A stretch of DNA of 64,000 bases from Camelus dromedarius (taxonomy: Eukaryota), in contig NC_087436.1 of the NCBI RefSeq assembly GCF_036321535.1, forward strand, positions 12,710,001-12,774,000. The letters run 5' to 3'. The notes beneath the pieces are model-generated. The model searched no databases. It had not been told where the DNA came from and saw only the letters and a program-made list of their open reading frames with translations. The translations under genes were made by a program, and so were the position numbers. Below are positions 1 through 14,206 of the stretch, one piece after another (positions within the stretch are counted from its first letter, which is position 1; every line of letters begins with the position of its first letter).

Positions 1-272
1 AGGTGCCTGATTGGTTTGTGCGCAAGTCTGGTTGCAGGTGATGCAAGAAGTTTAGAGTCTGTGAAGGGCGGTGGGGTTTATGACTCTAAGGTGGGCGGAA
101 ACAAGCCAGCCTGAGCTATCATGAGATTAGGCATTACCTAGGGCTATTAGTTTGTTAGGGGAAACATGCCCAGTAAAGAATGTACTTTATCTGTTGAGGG
201 ATCACAGGCAGATGTCTGAGGGCCCAGGAATGGGAGGCCATTGGACTTTGAAGGACATCAGAGGGCCCAACA
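1..272. mobile_element. Probable LTR fragment
   Basis: ATTGG and GGGCGG promoter-like motifs in LTR-like sequence ending in CA; truncated by the window start. Confidence 0.4.
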
Positions 273-1499
273 GTATGCACACACACATATCATATAATAG
301 TATGGACTAATGGACTATTTTATATATGTGTGTATTTCTGTCTATGTGTGCATGAATGGAAATTGTTCAGAGAAGATCCACACTGTCTAGGGCAGCGTGA
401 AACAGGCTATTGGGACCAAGATGTGTATCTGTGAAAGGAGCAAGGCAAAAATGGGGAAACTGAATGAAAAGGGAAAGGTAGCTGAACTGCTTGGAGGTAA
501 ATTCACTGTCATCTAGTAACAAAATATTTTCCTTTACTTATGATATTTTAAACAGTGCTTTGGTTAATTTATTGAATAATAACATGGAAACCAGTGAATA
601 TAATTGAAGCTATGCAAGGATGTATAAAAATAATACAATTATTATGGAAGTAGAATAAATATATTGATGGATTGCTCAGGCACTAATATAGGAATTTATA
701 CATTGAATTTTTTTTTCTGTCATTAAGACTGATAGAAGACAGTTTCATCATCGATGTCTTGAAAGTAATTTTTTCCATTTTGTTTTGATGTCTACACGCA
801 GGATATATTGTGTTAATCAAAAGATTGGTACCAGATTTTCTTTTTCCCTCTCCAACTTTTTACCTTCGAGGAACTGAAACTAGTCTTTGATTTTTTTTTT
901 CCAACTATGCAATTTCAGCTACCAATTTTACATAGTATTAAATACCTTCCTTATTACTCAAATGAATAAAGGCCATATTTAAGAGCAATTTCTAAATGTT
1001 GTTATTTCAAGCAAAAATTAATTTTAAATAGGAGAACCTGCCCTAGGTTACTATTTCCTTTGTAAGTTGATGATTGTTAATATAAATTTGACTCATTTTT
1101 TTTCTATGTACATATAGCCAGGTGGAATGTGGACTTAATGAGATTCAAAGACTTAATGAGATTCAAAGTTATATAAGAACTGTTATTAATCATACTTCCA
1201 TAATAACTGAAATTATATTCACACATAAGTCTGCTTGTGAATTTCAGGTGATACAGAATTCTCCCCAGGCTTCTTTCATTTATTTTTTGATTTATGGACA
1301 AATATGGACAAATACTAGTATATGTACTAGTTTTCCATAACAATCCAGGGCAGTCTGTGACAAGAGAATAATATAAGATCTTTTAGAAGCTCAAAGAAGG
1401 AGGAAATGTTGGCCAAGATTGATTCATATTATGTAAAGTGGAATCACTTTAAGCACATCAGTGCTAGGTCAGGGCAAAGCCCCAAACCCACATGTAGTG

Positions 1500-2426
1500 A
1501 TTCCGGAAAACATGGGGTGTGAGAGGATGGCCATGTCCCAGGTCTTGGTTGAGTCCCTGAGACAAGTCCCACCAAGTGAGGGTCCTTGGCTTCATGCAGG
1601 AAAGAATTCAAGAGTGAACCATAGTTGAATAAAGGTAGATTTGTTCAGAGAGGCGTACACTCTATAGACAGAGTGTAGGCCGTCTCAGAAGGCAAGAGAG
1701 AGAGCGACCATGAGGTGTGGGGTTGTTAGTTTTTATGGGCTTGGTAATTTCCTATGCTAATGAGTAGAAGGATTATTCCAACTACTTTCGGGAAGGGGCA
1801 GGGATTCCCAGGAATTGGGCCAACGCCCAATTTTTGACCTTTTATGGTCAGCCTCAGAAATGTCAAGACCAGCTTTGAGGTTGACCATAAAAGGTCAAAG
1901 AGCGGGCAGTGGCCCAGTTCTTGGGAATCCCCACCCCTTCCCCAGGGTAGTGAGAATGGTCCTCCCACTTGTTAGCATATGAAGCTACCGAGCCCATAAA
2001 AGCTGGCAACACCATGCCTGGCCTCACCTTTTCACTCCCTCCTCTTTGGAGACAGCCTGCACTCTGTCTGTGGAGTATGTACCTACTTTTACTTTAAACT
2101 GAGCACCCAACCCTGACACCTTGTGGCCTCTCTCTCGCCTTCTGAAACAGCCTGCACTCTATGCAGTATGTATCTCTCTAAATAAATCTACCATAAGTCA
2201 AAAAAAATTTAAAAAAAAAGAACTGTCATGGCATCTGTGGGAGTGCCATTTACCATGCTAATATATTACAATGAGCATATAATGAAGCTCAAGGTCTATT
2301 GGAAGTCAAATCTCCCACCATCCTGGGCCCCCAGGTCTATTGGGAGTTGACTTTTCCACCATCTTGGTGCTAATTGCTGTGTTATTCCTTTACTGGCTGT
2401 GCCCTGCCCCCTTCCTTCCTGTCTCA
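1500..2426 (-). mobile_element. ERV solo LTR, interrupted by an inverted LTR-derived insert
   Basis: 2220-2426 is the reverse complement of the LTR start at 17407-17610 (TGAGACAGGAAGGAAGGGGGCAGGGCACAG); internal duplication gtctattggragt. Confidence 0.8.
1866..2218 (+). mobile_element. Polyadenylated retrocopy of an LTR transcript of the same family
   Basis: LTR sense sequence, AATAAA at 2181-2186, A-rich tail 2200-2219, TSD AGAAATGTCA (1856-1865) / AGAACTGTCA (2219-2228). Confidence 0.75.
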
Positions 2427-5400
2427 GTACCACACAACCCATCATACTTTAGAAGTATCAGTGTCCAACTAATGCAAGAGAGGAATGGTGCAGAGAGAGA
2501 AGCTGTGAATGAGATTAACAATTTATTTACTGAAACAGATCACTAAACTTCAGATAACTAAGAATCAAGGTACTAATCTTAATATTTAAAACCTACAAAA
2601 ATATTTTACCAGATTCTTGAAAAACAGAAGTTCCAGTCTCCTGTTCAAACTAGCAGCAAACTAAGCTTAAGAAACTCACACTATTAAAATCTGGATCACT
2701 TTAAGCATATCAGGGCTGGATCAAGGCAAAGCCTCAAACCCACATGCACCTCACATCCCATTATACCTCGGAAGCATAAATGCCCAACTTTGCAAAAAGA
2801 AATAATGCACAGGAGAACGTCAGTTTCCTGGTTGCAGAGAGGAAGCCTGTGGCAGGCGTTCCTCTGGTGAGGTGAGGTGATGGAGCATAGTGGTCCACAG
2901 CACAGACTGGGGAGCTAGCCTGCTTGGGTTTGAATCTGGCTCAACTACTATGCCCTTTGGTAAATTATTTCATCATTGTGTGCTGTACTTCCCACCTGGT
3001 ATCATAAGAAGGTTGTGAGGAGGAATAAGTGAATTCGTAAGTGCTGAAAAACCCTGAAGGGGTCAAACAGACTTCCACTAAATAAGTAAGACCCATTGAA
3101 TGCATTGATACAGCTCAATATACATTCACGAAGTCCTTCTATATACAGGACACTGTGCTGGGGTTTACATGCTACTTCTGACAAGGATCTTTACTATGGT
3201 CTGTATAAAATTATCTGTGACTCTGATGCAAGCTCGTTTCTTAAGATCTTCACCAGGAAGAGTGAGTACTTGACTGACTCATCAGAGAAGGTGTGTTTTT
3301 ATTTCCCATGAGATTGCTAATCTGACGAGCAAATCTGACTGACTACTTCTCTCTGGACCCAAACTGGCACTGTGCCCTGTCATTGTGAGTGACTTCCCAG
3401 GCACCCAGTCTGCCCGTCTGCCTCCCTTTACCCCACACCCACCCTGCAATGGGAACGTGAACATCTGGGGTGCTGAGCACGCACCCTGAAAGCTCACTGT
3501 TGGGAAAAGGGTTTTAGGAAAAGTGAAAGTACTGAAAAAAAATGTGATGGAGAGGAGGGAAAATATGTCAGGAAGATAAACTAGTGACACAAAGAGGGAA
3601 CTAGGTCAGAAAAAAAGAAGAAGAAATAAGTCTGAACACAAGACTATAGGAAGCAAGAGAGGAGATTCTACGAAAAATCAGTTGAGTTCAATGAGAAGTG
3701 GAAGAAGGAAAAGGAGTTGGGAGGTGATGGGTGAGAGAGTCGCTGTGAGGGTTCCATGAGTCAGTACGTGAAAAGCGCAGCTGCGCTTGGTAAGTGGTGG
3801 ACCCGGTACAAGGGCTAGTCATGACCGGGGCTGCACTGGAGAGAAACCAATGGAAGAGCCAAAGGTCAGAAAGCGCATTAGCTACCATGTTCCAGGGGAA
3901 TAGAGGAGCGCCCATTGAGTACAGTGATGAAACAGGAGACCTTTGCAGTCTTTCACAATTAATGATCATCCCGTGACTGGTATGGTGTATAGCATGTACA
4001 CACACACTCACACACACATACTATAGTGTGTGTATATATAATTAGCTAGAAAATACCTATGGTTTTTATTACTTTTTTTGTGTGCAAATTGAAGAGGTAC
4101 TTTTGTTGGCATATCTAAGCCATTCATTTCAAAAAAGTCGTCTTTAAATTACGTGAAGAATAATTTAAAAAAATAAATGTTTATAGAGTAGCATTGCTCC
4201 TAACAAATTCTTTTAAATTTCTCTTTTAAAATGTAACATACTTTAAATTTGACAAAAGCTCGTAAAAACAGAAAGCTCCTCTGTTTTGGCTGACCTAGCA
4301 TACCTAGACACAATGGGGTGCCTTCTTAATTGCTTCCTTCAATATGCTGAGCTTGGTTTCAGTATTCACTAGAGATCAGACGTCCAGGAGAATTTCCTGT
4401 TAAGTTGGCTAAATTTTTATTAGTGAATTATATGGAAAAATAGAACATTATCAACTGATTATAGGTAGTCTCTGGAAAGTATTAAATGAAAACACAAGAA
4501 AGAAAATGTCTCTGCATAGAATTAGCCATAGCAGCAATAGATGATCAGACGAAATCCTGAAACATGCTAGTGAAATTCAGCCCTCTGGTTGGCCAGTGTT
4601 GGTAATGATTGGCACCATATGGGTTTGCTCAAAGCAACTAGAAACAATTTACTCCTTTCTTAGTGAAGTTACCAAATGGCCCCCAGGAAAGTAGATGTTT
4701 TTCTCCAATTTTATTTACCCCCAAAATAAAAATCTTAAATTTAAATGTATTCTGACTTTCACAATTTCATTGTGATTGAACACACCTAGGAAACGATGCT
4801 ACACAAAGACAATCCTAGCAGCTTTAAAAGTCAATCTAAACATTAAGTTATTCAAACATATTTGGAGATGTTTCATGTGGTGTTCTCCAGTACTGACAGG
4901 AAACATTATGTCCCAATTACTCCACTATGACGAATTTATCGGGAAGAATGACAAACCAAAGTCTTTGTTCTCAGGAAAATTTCAGCACTCCGTTTGTGTG
5001 TGTGTGTGTGTGTGTGGTGAGGGAGGTGGGTGGGTTGTGGTATCACTGATCAGAAGGTAAGCCATGTGGTGGCCACATGGTTCTCTAGTTAACAAAATCA
5101 GAAATTGCTTTTCTAGGTCTACACATTTCCTAGAATTTGGTTCTTCAAAGAATAATTTCCATGATTATCCAAATATTGATAATAACCATATTATTTTTTA
5201 ATTATTGTATTCTGGGGTAGTATTTAAATTCAGCACCCCATGCTGCTGGTGCTATTTAGCCCAAATGCCCAACTGATTAGGGCAAGTTGTTAATGAGCAT
5301 AAAATTGGAATTACACAGGGTAGTTAGTTTTTCAGTCCCTAGTGCAATGGCTCTATTCTCAGGACATCCTACAGATAACAAAGGGGGCAGTGTGAGGGTG

Positions 5401-7164
5401 GCGAGGAACTGGTAGGAACCTTATGGACATCCTTAGAGATCAATGAATATATCATATCTGCTTAAATATTTAAGGTAAAGAGTGGGTGGGTGATTTAGAC
5501 TTTAAGATACTATGTGTTTTAGTAAAATCTCCTGAGGAAACCCATTGTGGGCATAAATCTACACAGACAAGATTAAACTTCATTTAATGCTGAACATTTA
5601 AGAAACTATTACATTCTTAGGGAATGCACTTTATTACTTTACTGAAGTATTGAATATTCACTGAAACAGAAATGCAAGAGCAATAGAATAAATAAGGCTT
5701 GCTTTTTGTGACAAAATACCTTCATTTGATGCAAATTAATTTCCTTAGGGACAGAAGAGTTTTTCTTTAAAGACAGAAAACTAAAAAAAAAAAAATTAGA
5801 AACATGAAAAATGTATATTTTCCTAAAATACTTTTATTTAATTACATAACTGTATATAAATGATATCCACAATGTGTGTGAAAAAAACCAATGGAATGTA
5901 TCTTTCCACCCACACAAAAATGAAACTTAAAAAGTAAAACTTTAGGAACTAAGACATCGTAACATAATGCTTATAATTTCCTCCTACAAATTAAATAAAA
6001 TTTTCTAACCTTTCCTCCAATGGCTTTACTTTCCATTTTCAAAACATCATTCCCCAAATTATACAATTTAGTAGTTCAAAGTATTTTATAGTGACCCCCC
6101 AAACTCTCTCAAAAAAGAAGTCAATATATTTAAAGATTTCCTTCACTAAAGATATTTTCTTATTGAAAAATATATTCTCTTCAGTACTAAATATGACCTA
6201 CAAATTGATACTAAACATCTATGAAAAAGTGATCTAAGAGTCACAAATATTTATTGAGGATCAACTATGTGTTGCTGCCTGCAGGAAAGAATGTAAGGAC
6301 AGGATGGATGAAGAACAAAACATACTCCCAATCCTTCAAGAAGGTGATGGTGCCAGAAAGGAGAGCCAGCAGCTTTACTGCAAGATCGGCAGACAAGCCA
6401 AAGCAAGGCAGAAAGCAATTAAACAGTGAAAAATGGAGATTTCTTCGCTTGGAAGAATTAAGGACCATTCACAAGGAGAGGGTCATTTGAACTAGGGTTA
6501 GTAAAGGTAGATGTGAGTATTTGGTTGTGAGAAGATGGATGGAAAAGGACAGGTTGTTAGAAATAGTGAGATCCGAAACACGGACCTGGGAAAGCCCAGC
6601 TTACCTTTTGGGGCTTTTAAGGTCGGTGTTCTGTAGTGCAGCAAAGAGGCTCACCATGTCCTGACCAAGGCTCCCATCCTCAGCCTCATCGGTTTCTCTA
6701 TCCTACTTGCAAATTCCCTCTCTGTCCCCTGAGCTTGAAGGGCCCTTTCTCTCATTCCCTCCTTCTCACTGGGCCACCCCCTCTCCTCCATCTCAGCACG
6801 TTGATTCAACTGGGTCTCCAGTTGCTTCCAGCTGCTACATGCCGGTCTGCTACCATACACACAAGGCTGGGGTTTGGTGCTCAGCCCCTGGGAGCCTCTA
6901 GTCCCGGGGGACCCTCATCTCTCAGTCATGGAATCGACTCTGCATTGTCTGTCTCCCTCCCTGGGGCTTGTTCACAGTTGTTTTTCCAGTCTGATCACAG
7001 AGCCCAACACACTGTAGGTACATGATAAATATTTACTGGTTATTGAATGAATGGAAGAAATGACCTCAGTTGACTGAAATGTAGGGTGAATGATAAAATA
7101 AATAAACCAAGATAGACTAGAGAAGCTTATAGAGGGCAAGAATGCTATGTGTGGTAGTCGTTAG

Positions 7165-7767
7165 TGTCACTTGCCAAATATTTCGGTTCAACATAAGCCC
7201 TCTTTTGGGGCATATAATTGCGTTAGGTAGTTAGATAAGTCGGGGGCACTGGGCAGATAAGGTGGAGGAGGGGGAGGAGGGTCCAGAAGATAGCAGTAGG
7301 CCCGCCTCCAGCATAAAGGGGCTTTGCTTTCTGTAAACGAGTGCCAGCAAGAATCCGGTTGGAACCTGACAGCCACAACTGTGCAGTAGTGACAAGGACC
7401 TAACCAGACATGACCCAGTGCTCATTGTAATATAATCGGCATTGCAGGTTAGGCCCCCATGGGTTTTTCTGTGTGCATCACCGGTAAAGACATTTGCAAA
7501 AGGGGATGAACATGACTGAGCGCTCCAGGGGCAAGAGCTGTCAATCAAGAGACCACTGCTAAGCGAGGGTACAAGAGAAGGGGGCAAACAAAGACCATTG
7601 CTACACCCCCTTGGATCAGCCCACCTCCCATTCTTGGAGGGGTGCTTCCCTTTGCTAATCAAGCCTTTAAAATCTTTTGCTACACAACGCTTTGTCTCCA
7701 ATCTGAATTCTTATCTTTTGGGTATGACAAGAACTGGGGTCTTTTCCCTTCTCCTTTTGGGGTAACA
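7165..7767 (+). mobile_element. ERV solo LTR nested in a MaLR (MLT-like) LTR
   Basis: TG...CA termini, about 600 bp; MLT-like sequence resumes at 7770-8070; its 3' end recurs at 18378-18470. Confidence 0.7.
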
Positions 7768-9832
7768 ATTGCACTTCCTGTCCCTCTTGTGTTGAGATGG
7801 GATCATATGACTAGTTCTAGCCACTAAGTTTTAAGTAGAAGTGACCTGTGTCATTTCCTGGTCAAAGTATTTCATTGCCAGTTCAAGACACTCCAGAGCT
7901 CTCTCTTCCCTTTGGCATGAGTCCATCAGCCTGAGTTCCTGAGCCACTAAAAATGAGCAGTCTTCCTGCTGACATGTGATGAACATATAACATGAGCAAA
8001 AAAAAAAAAAAAAAAAAAAATTATTATTTTTATCCACTGAGATTTATGAATTGCTTGCTAATGCAGCACTACTATCTAATTTATCCTGTCCATTGTACCA
8101 TGCTAAAGAATTAGATGTTTGGAACATTCATTAGGTAAATCATTAGGTGCCATTAAGAATCTCCTATTTTTTAGGGGCTGGGTGGTAAACAAGAGAATAA
8201 TCTATCAGAGCTGGGTTTCAAGAAAACTAGTTTAGGCATTCTTTTTAATGATGGATTTGAAAAAAAAAAAAAAAAGATGAGCTGAAGTCAAGGAGAGCAA
8301 CTAGGATGCTATTATAGTAGTTTGGGGTCTATATTTCCCAAACTTAGGCTCTACATGGAACTCTCTTTCAGAAGACATAAATTGATGTAATATCAGAAAA
8401 ATGCTTCCACGGTAAAATAATTCTGAAAAATGCTATATATTAAATTATATTGCCTTTTAATGGTATTTGAAATATATATTTAGCCAATTAAAGTTTCAGA
8501 GAGGCTGCTAATTGGAAGGAGGTTCTTCAACTGATCTCTAGTATCTACCTCCCAGGCTCCTTTGGTCCTCTTCAGCCAGTTCTTGATTTGTGTGTGTTTG
8601 TTTAGCATACCTCTGTTAACCTCTGATAGAGTACTTGATAGCAGACTGGAAAATACTGGTCTACGGGGATGCGCACACCAGCTCGGTGACAGTGGAAATG
8701 ACATAAAATGGAATATTTAAAATCTTTGAGGGAGATTTATCAGACTTGGTGACTCATTGGATTTGATGACCAGAGAAAGATCGGAAAAGACTGAGCTTTG
8801 CAACTTGGGCAACTAGGAAAGTGGTAGTATTACTGACGTTGGTAGGAAAGAAAATAGTAGAAGCTGGCGTTGGAAGACAAGGAGACAGATTAACTCAAAA
8901 AATATTTGTATGGTTCCTACAATGTGCTGAGAACTGTGCTCGGTATTGGACCACAGATACGATGGACACAGTCTATTTTCCAAAGGACCTTTAAGTCTTC
9001 ACTCAATCATCAATTTCTTTACTATCCAATTAACATTTCTAAAACACTAGATTCTAGAGCAGAAATTAAATAAGAAACGATTGTTGTCTTCACAGAGCCC
9101 CTAGGATGGTCATAGAGACATTCACCCATAAAAATAATTCCCAAACTTAAAGTGCTATAAGAGAAACACACTAAAACGTTGTAGGTTTTATTTTGTTGAA
9201 TTTAAGGAGTGATAGTGAACTATTGGATGGAGTTACCTGTCAGGCAGCTGGCAGTCTGGCCTGGAGTTCAAGAGAAGGGTTGTGGTTAGTTAGGTGTGTA
9301 GGTTTGCAGATCATTCACTTAATTGAGAAGAAGGCTAAGTACAGTGAGTGGAGTGCAGCCAATCCTGTATCCGGGGTATGGGAAAAGGATGAGGAAAAGG
9401 AGCCTGGAAGATGAAACAGCCAGGATCCTATGCAGGCACAGAGATGGAAATGTTAACGTGAAGCGCAGGACAACGAAGATGCCCGTATAGTGTTGGTTGG
9501 CCCTAGTCTTGGGAACTTCCAAGAGGCCACTGAAGCAATGGGAGAAGGAATGACCTTCTGTCAGGGGCATATCAAGGATCCAGTTTTGCAGAATAATGCA
9601 AGGAATTTGAAGAGTGAGTGATTGGGCAACAGACCATGGAGGAAATCTTCAAGGGAACAGAACTGGGGACTGGAAACCAGATCATGAGTGTCTTAGGAGC
9701 CAGTGGATGATGAAGAAATAAAATGCAATGTTAATTTGAGGGGCTAAGTAGCAGGTGTAAGAGTTTTTGTTTTTACTTTTATTTGGTATTTGGGATAGAA
9801 AAATCAAGCAATTAAAAAAAAAGTTTGCTCGC

Positions 9833-9944
9833 TTTATTTTATTTATTTTATTTTTAAAAGTTTATTGCTAACAGAAGTACTGGGGATTGAACCCAGGACC
9901 TCGTGCATGCTAAGCAGGTGTTCTACCGCTGAGCTATACGCCCC
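9833..9944 (-). mobile_element. tRNA-derived SINE (camelid vic-1-like)
   Basis: Reverse complement of GTATAGCTCAGCGGTAGA...CCTGGGTTCAATCCCCAGTAC (A/B boxes) with TAAA tail. Confidence 0.85.
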
Positions 9945-10439
9945 TCACACCCCACCCCCAAGCACTTTTCTCAAGGGAAGAAGGGACTGGCAACGCACTG
10001 AAGATGCAAGAGACTGAGTTGGGATGGATGGGACCAACACCTTGGGTGGAGCTGTTGTTACCCTTGGAAAGATTTCTTTCTCTGAGAAGGTAGGAAGGAG
10101 AACAGGGTGGGCACACATGGAGGGAATTTGACAAAGTTTCTGTTGAATGATATGAAGAGTCTGAGAAAACAAGAATGTGAAATTATGGCAGTAACTGAGT
10201 GGTTCTGAGAACCAAAAATGTCTGGGACAGTAACTAGTGGGAACGCAGCTGGGAGTCAACTAGAGTGCACTACAAATGTTGTCAACCATCGGTGTGCCGT
10301 GGGAATGTTATGTGAGGTTCCTCCAGGTTTTGCAGGACTGTCTTGTTTATTACAGGAAGTTTAGCATCACTGGCTCCTGTCCATTCAGTGCCAGTATTGT
10401 TTCCCCTGTCATTGTGATAACCAAAAAAAACACTCCCAT

Positions 10440-10653
10440 TGGGTGGGAAGGGATAAATTGGGAATTTGAAAAATTGCACCTCTTGGGGAGTGACGGAAAT
10501 GTGAGCTATCTTGATTGTGGTGGTGGTTTCATTGGCGTATACGTCTATCAAAATTCATCAAAGTGTACATCTGAAGTACGTGTAGTTTACCGTAGAGGAA
10601 CCAAACCACAGTAAAGGCGTTAAAAAATAAAATAAAATTGTAGTAATAACTTA
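10440..10653 (+). mobile_element. Short L1 3' end, same 3' type as 59780-59950
   Basis: Aligns by eye to 59777-59950; TSD AAAAAAACACTCCCAT on both sides. Confidence 0.75.
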
Positions 10654-12811
10654 AAAAAAACACTCCCATGAATTCCTGAATGCCCTGAGATGAAAGTCAC
10701 TTACCTGACATTAGATGGCCTGACATTACAATGCAATCAAATCACACTGGATACAGGCTTCCCCAGTAACACTTAGAAACCCAAGATCAGAGTTCAGTAG
10801 TTTTAAAAGCTTTATTAAAGAGACAGTAACAGAAATGTTCCTAGATGTTTTTCTCCCACTGACTGAGGATATTTATACCATCCCTGACCAACCTCCATAG
10901 ATCTGTTTCCAGTTAGAGCAATTGCTAAGCACACACAGCATTTCAGAGCCACATACAGTTGCACAGGAGATTAATTATTGCTGATTCAGAGACATTTTTA
11001 TAGGCAATGTATGTGTAAGCCCTGATCCAAAGCCTGGTTTTATAAGCCTGGCCCTTGGCCCAGGATGTGGGGGTGGGGAGAGGCCAGAGTAAAAGCCCCA
11101 CAAAGGAGGCTAAAAAGGCAATCAGAGGACTCAGCCTGGAAGAGAGGCCCTGCTCAGGTCTCCGGGCAGAGCACTGATTTTCTGCACAAACACGGCTCAG
11201 GGCTGGGGAGTGAAAATATAGCTGCTGATCTGTCCCAACAGAGTCCAACAAATATGAACAGAGAAGGCTTGTGCCCGCCCAGAGAGAGAGAAGGTCTAAG
11301 TTTAATAGAGCTCATTGAAACAGCTTACAGGAAGTAATAGTAATAGCTCGAGGCTAGACCTCAGCCTCTGCTTATCTGGCTGTTTTATGTTCCTTAAGAA
11401 ATTCTTGGTAGGCTGCTAACTCATCTGATCATGTTCTCAGCCCTCCCTGTTTGGCTAAGATGGTAGGTTTCAACCTGCCAACAGCTTCGCCCTGTTCTGA
11501 CTGGGTCTACTGCACCACAGTCCTCTGCTGAGCCTTGCCCCAGTGACTCTTCAGTTGCAAGCCGGGCCCATTTCAAACTCTCCTCTCACTCAAAACACTG
11601 ATGGGGATCTGTCTGGTTTTGGTCCCTGCCTGTCTTCCCAAAACTCTTGCAAAAACTGCAATGCTCTGCCTTCTAAAGGTTGTTTATCAAACTGCAGCAG
11701 CGCATTCCGGTGCTAACAGCTACTGATTTGACATTTTCAAACATCAAACATAAGCCAGAGCACTTCATAAAACCCACCTAGAGTGTGAGGGAGTGCCAAC
11801 TGGCTTAATTTGGGGGTTAAGCAGTGCCAAAAATAATGTAGAGCCTCACTGTTGCTTTTAGTCAGGCATAGAATGCTAACGAACTAAAGGAAAGGAAACT
11901 TGCAATGTTGTTAAGTAGGACCACATTCCAAAATCAAGGCTACAGAAAAGATTATTTATATAGAAGTAGTAGCATCTATTATACCACCTTTAGCTTTGAA
12001 CGTTCTGATGGTTGATTTTGGACAGTAAATAAATTATCTGCTGATTGTTTATTCCAATCCTCTAGTCTTAGATTAAACTGTTAAGATGCATGAATTTCTA
12101 AAAGTCAGCTATCAGAAAATGAAAAGAAGCTAAATAATAATGAAATCATCATCTAATTAAAAGAAAAACTGTATAGTGTATTTTTCATTGGAAATGTTAA
12201 TCATCACTAAAGCAAACAACATAACAAGTCAAATGATAAATATACAGAGTTTTAAAATGTATATGCTATCTCATAATTTTAATATATTTTTATATGTTTA
12301 AAAACTTTTGAATTTAAAAAAGATAGACTATTCACATTTCACTTAGAGTGAGCAACCAAAAGAAATTTACATTTCATTACTAAATATTCTCTGGCATATG
12401 ATTCAATTGTATTAAAATTCTGAAACGGAAGCAGCATTTAAAGGGCCAATATACTATTTCCATCAAGTTTTTCCCTCGCCCACATCACACAGCTCTCTCC
12501 CATTGCCCGGGTTAGTACCTAGACTACCCAGTTTAGCATGTTTCAAAGGGTTCTGTATTGACCTCTAGATGCCCCAAATCTTGCCAATCTAACAGATGTA
12601 CAAAGAGTGCCAATTTAGTAAGATGGCCCATTCATTCTGAAGGATAAAGATCATGCCTTCTGCTTTTTTTTTCTCCCATAATGTGGGCAAAAGATAAAAG
12701 CCCTAGAATCAAAATAGAACTATTGATCTCCTAATTCAAAGCAGACGCCCTCAAATATTTGTAAGTCTCAAATATAGATGTGGTTATTCAGTCACTGAAG
12801 TTGAACCATAC

Positions 12812-12936
12812 CTTAGTACTGAATTCCCTTCAGGCTGTTCTTTATGCAGAATATGCTGGAAGTAATCTTCTATGGCTTGAGAAGTTGGAAATTTTTTTCA
12901 GGTGTGAGTAGTAGAGGGGGAGCTGGGCTATGACAC
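12812..12936 (-). pseudogene. AtuA-like exon G (125 nt, contains a +1 frameshift)
   Basis: Acceptor ttttatgtacaacag, donor AG|gtatgg; (G)VIAQLPLYYSHLKK, extra base at the A7 run (12892-12898), then FPTSQAIEDYFQHILHKEQPEGNSVL(R). Confidence 0.85.
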
Positions 12937-14206
12937 CTGTTGTACATAAAACATCACATTAACAAGCACATGTACTGAATGTCAATCAAGATGACGATAA
13001 TTGGAAGTATCTTACTCTGATTCACTGAGGATACTGTGTGCCAGGTGGGTATGGGAGAGACAGAGGGGTCTGGGGGATACCATTGACAAATCATTGCCAT
13101 CAGGGTGAATTTCCTGCTGATGAATGTCATTCTCTCCGTTTTGTCAATGTCCTGTTTCTCTAATTCAGGGTGGCCAGATTTAGGTATGTCTAATTTAGGG
13201 CATATCTAAATATTGCATGGGGTATATTTATACTAAAAATTATTCATTGTTTATCTGAAATTCATATTTTATAAGATATTCTTTATTTTATCTGTCAACT
13301 ATAATTATCTCAAGGGGTATTAAGAAATTCTAAGAAAATTTACTTTCATTCATTTTCTTTTCAAAACTAAGCATATGATGTATAGTTGTAACTTGCCAAG
13401 AAGGGACGGAAGATTGACACAATATCAAATGAAGGATGTTAGAATGTTGACTTCTAAAGACTCTAAGTTTTAGAGGTCAAGAACCTTGACCATCCAGCTC
13501 ACTCCTCTATTCTCACCCACCACTGATGTTCTAGGGAATGGTAGGGACTAAATTCTTTTTTTTTGAGTAAAAATTAGCAGGTATAAATGTCTCAATTTTT
13601 GGCCAATACAAACTCTTCTCTCCTATTATCAGGAATGGAAGATTGACCAAACCATTCCTTTAGGTCACTTCAGCTCAGACAGCTCAAATAACTGCAGTGG
13701 GTGATGGTGAGGCACATACACACAAACTATGGCCATTACGCAGATGGCCTGCCAGGTGGAGACGGGGCATCAGTGCAGTGGGTGTTCATAAGACAGCGGA
13801 CATGGGTACCTTTAAAAGGAGTTTGTACACATGAGTTCTTTTAAGCTTACAAATTTACTAGACGATAGATGTTTAGGTCCACTCTGGTTTTGATATATTA
13901 TTTTTACTATAGAACAATGGCTTTTACAGTCCATTTATTGAAAAAATAGTCTGGCTATTCTTGGGATTTCAGGAAAGAGATGAATGAATGACATTTTATG
14001 AGATTAAAAAGGAGAAAGAACCAGGGACGTTATTCTAAGGAGAAAAGGAAAGGATTCAATAATTTCTGAAGAGGAAAAGAAGGAGAAAGGAGTTTCAAGA
14101 ATAAGAAGATATTCTTTAAAATATATATAGGAAATATGTATGAATAAGGAAAAACAGAAATACGGTGATAATAATGAGGTATTGTCCTATTTAAAGAACA
14201 TTAGAG

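Noticed and set aside
1132..1167. Perfect 18-bp tandem duplication GACTTAATGAGATTCAAA (a similar 16-bp one near 48743-48774)
   Set aside because: Ordinary microduplication with no supported coding or regulatory context.
13630..13720. Weak minus-strand resemblance to the missing RSGDKG or terminal DPQGKAFGQ motifs
   Set aside because: Too few identities, internal stops and no fitting splice sites.
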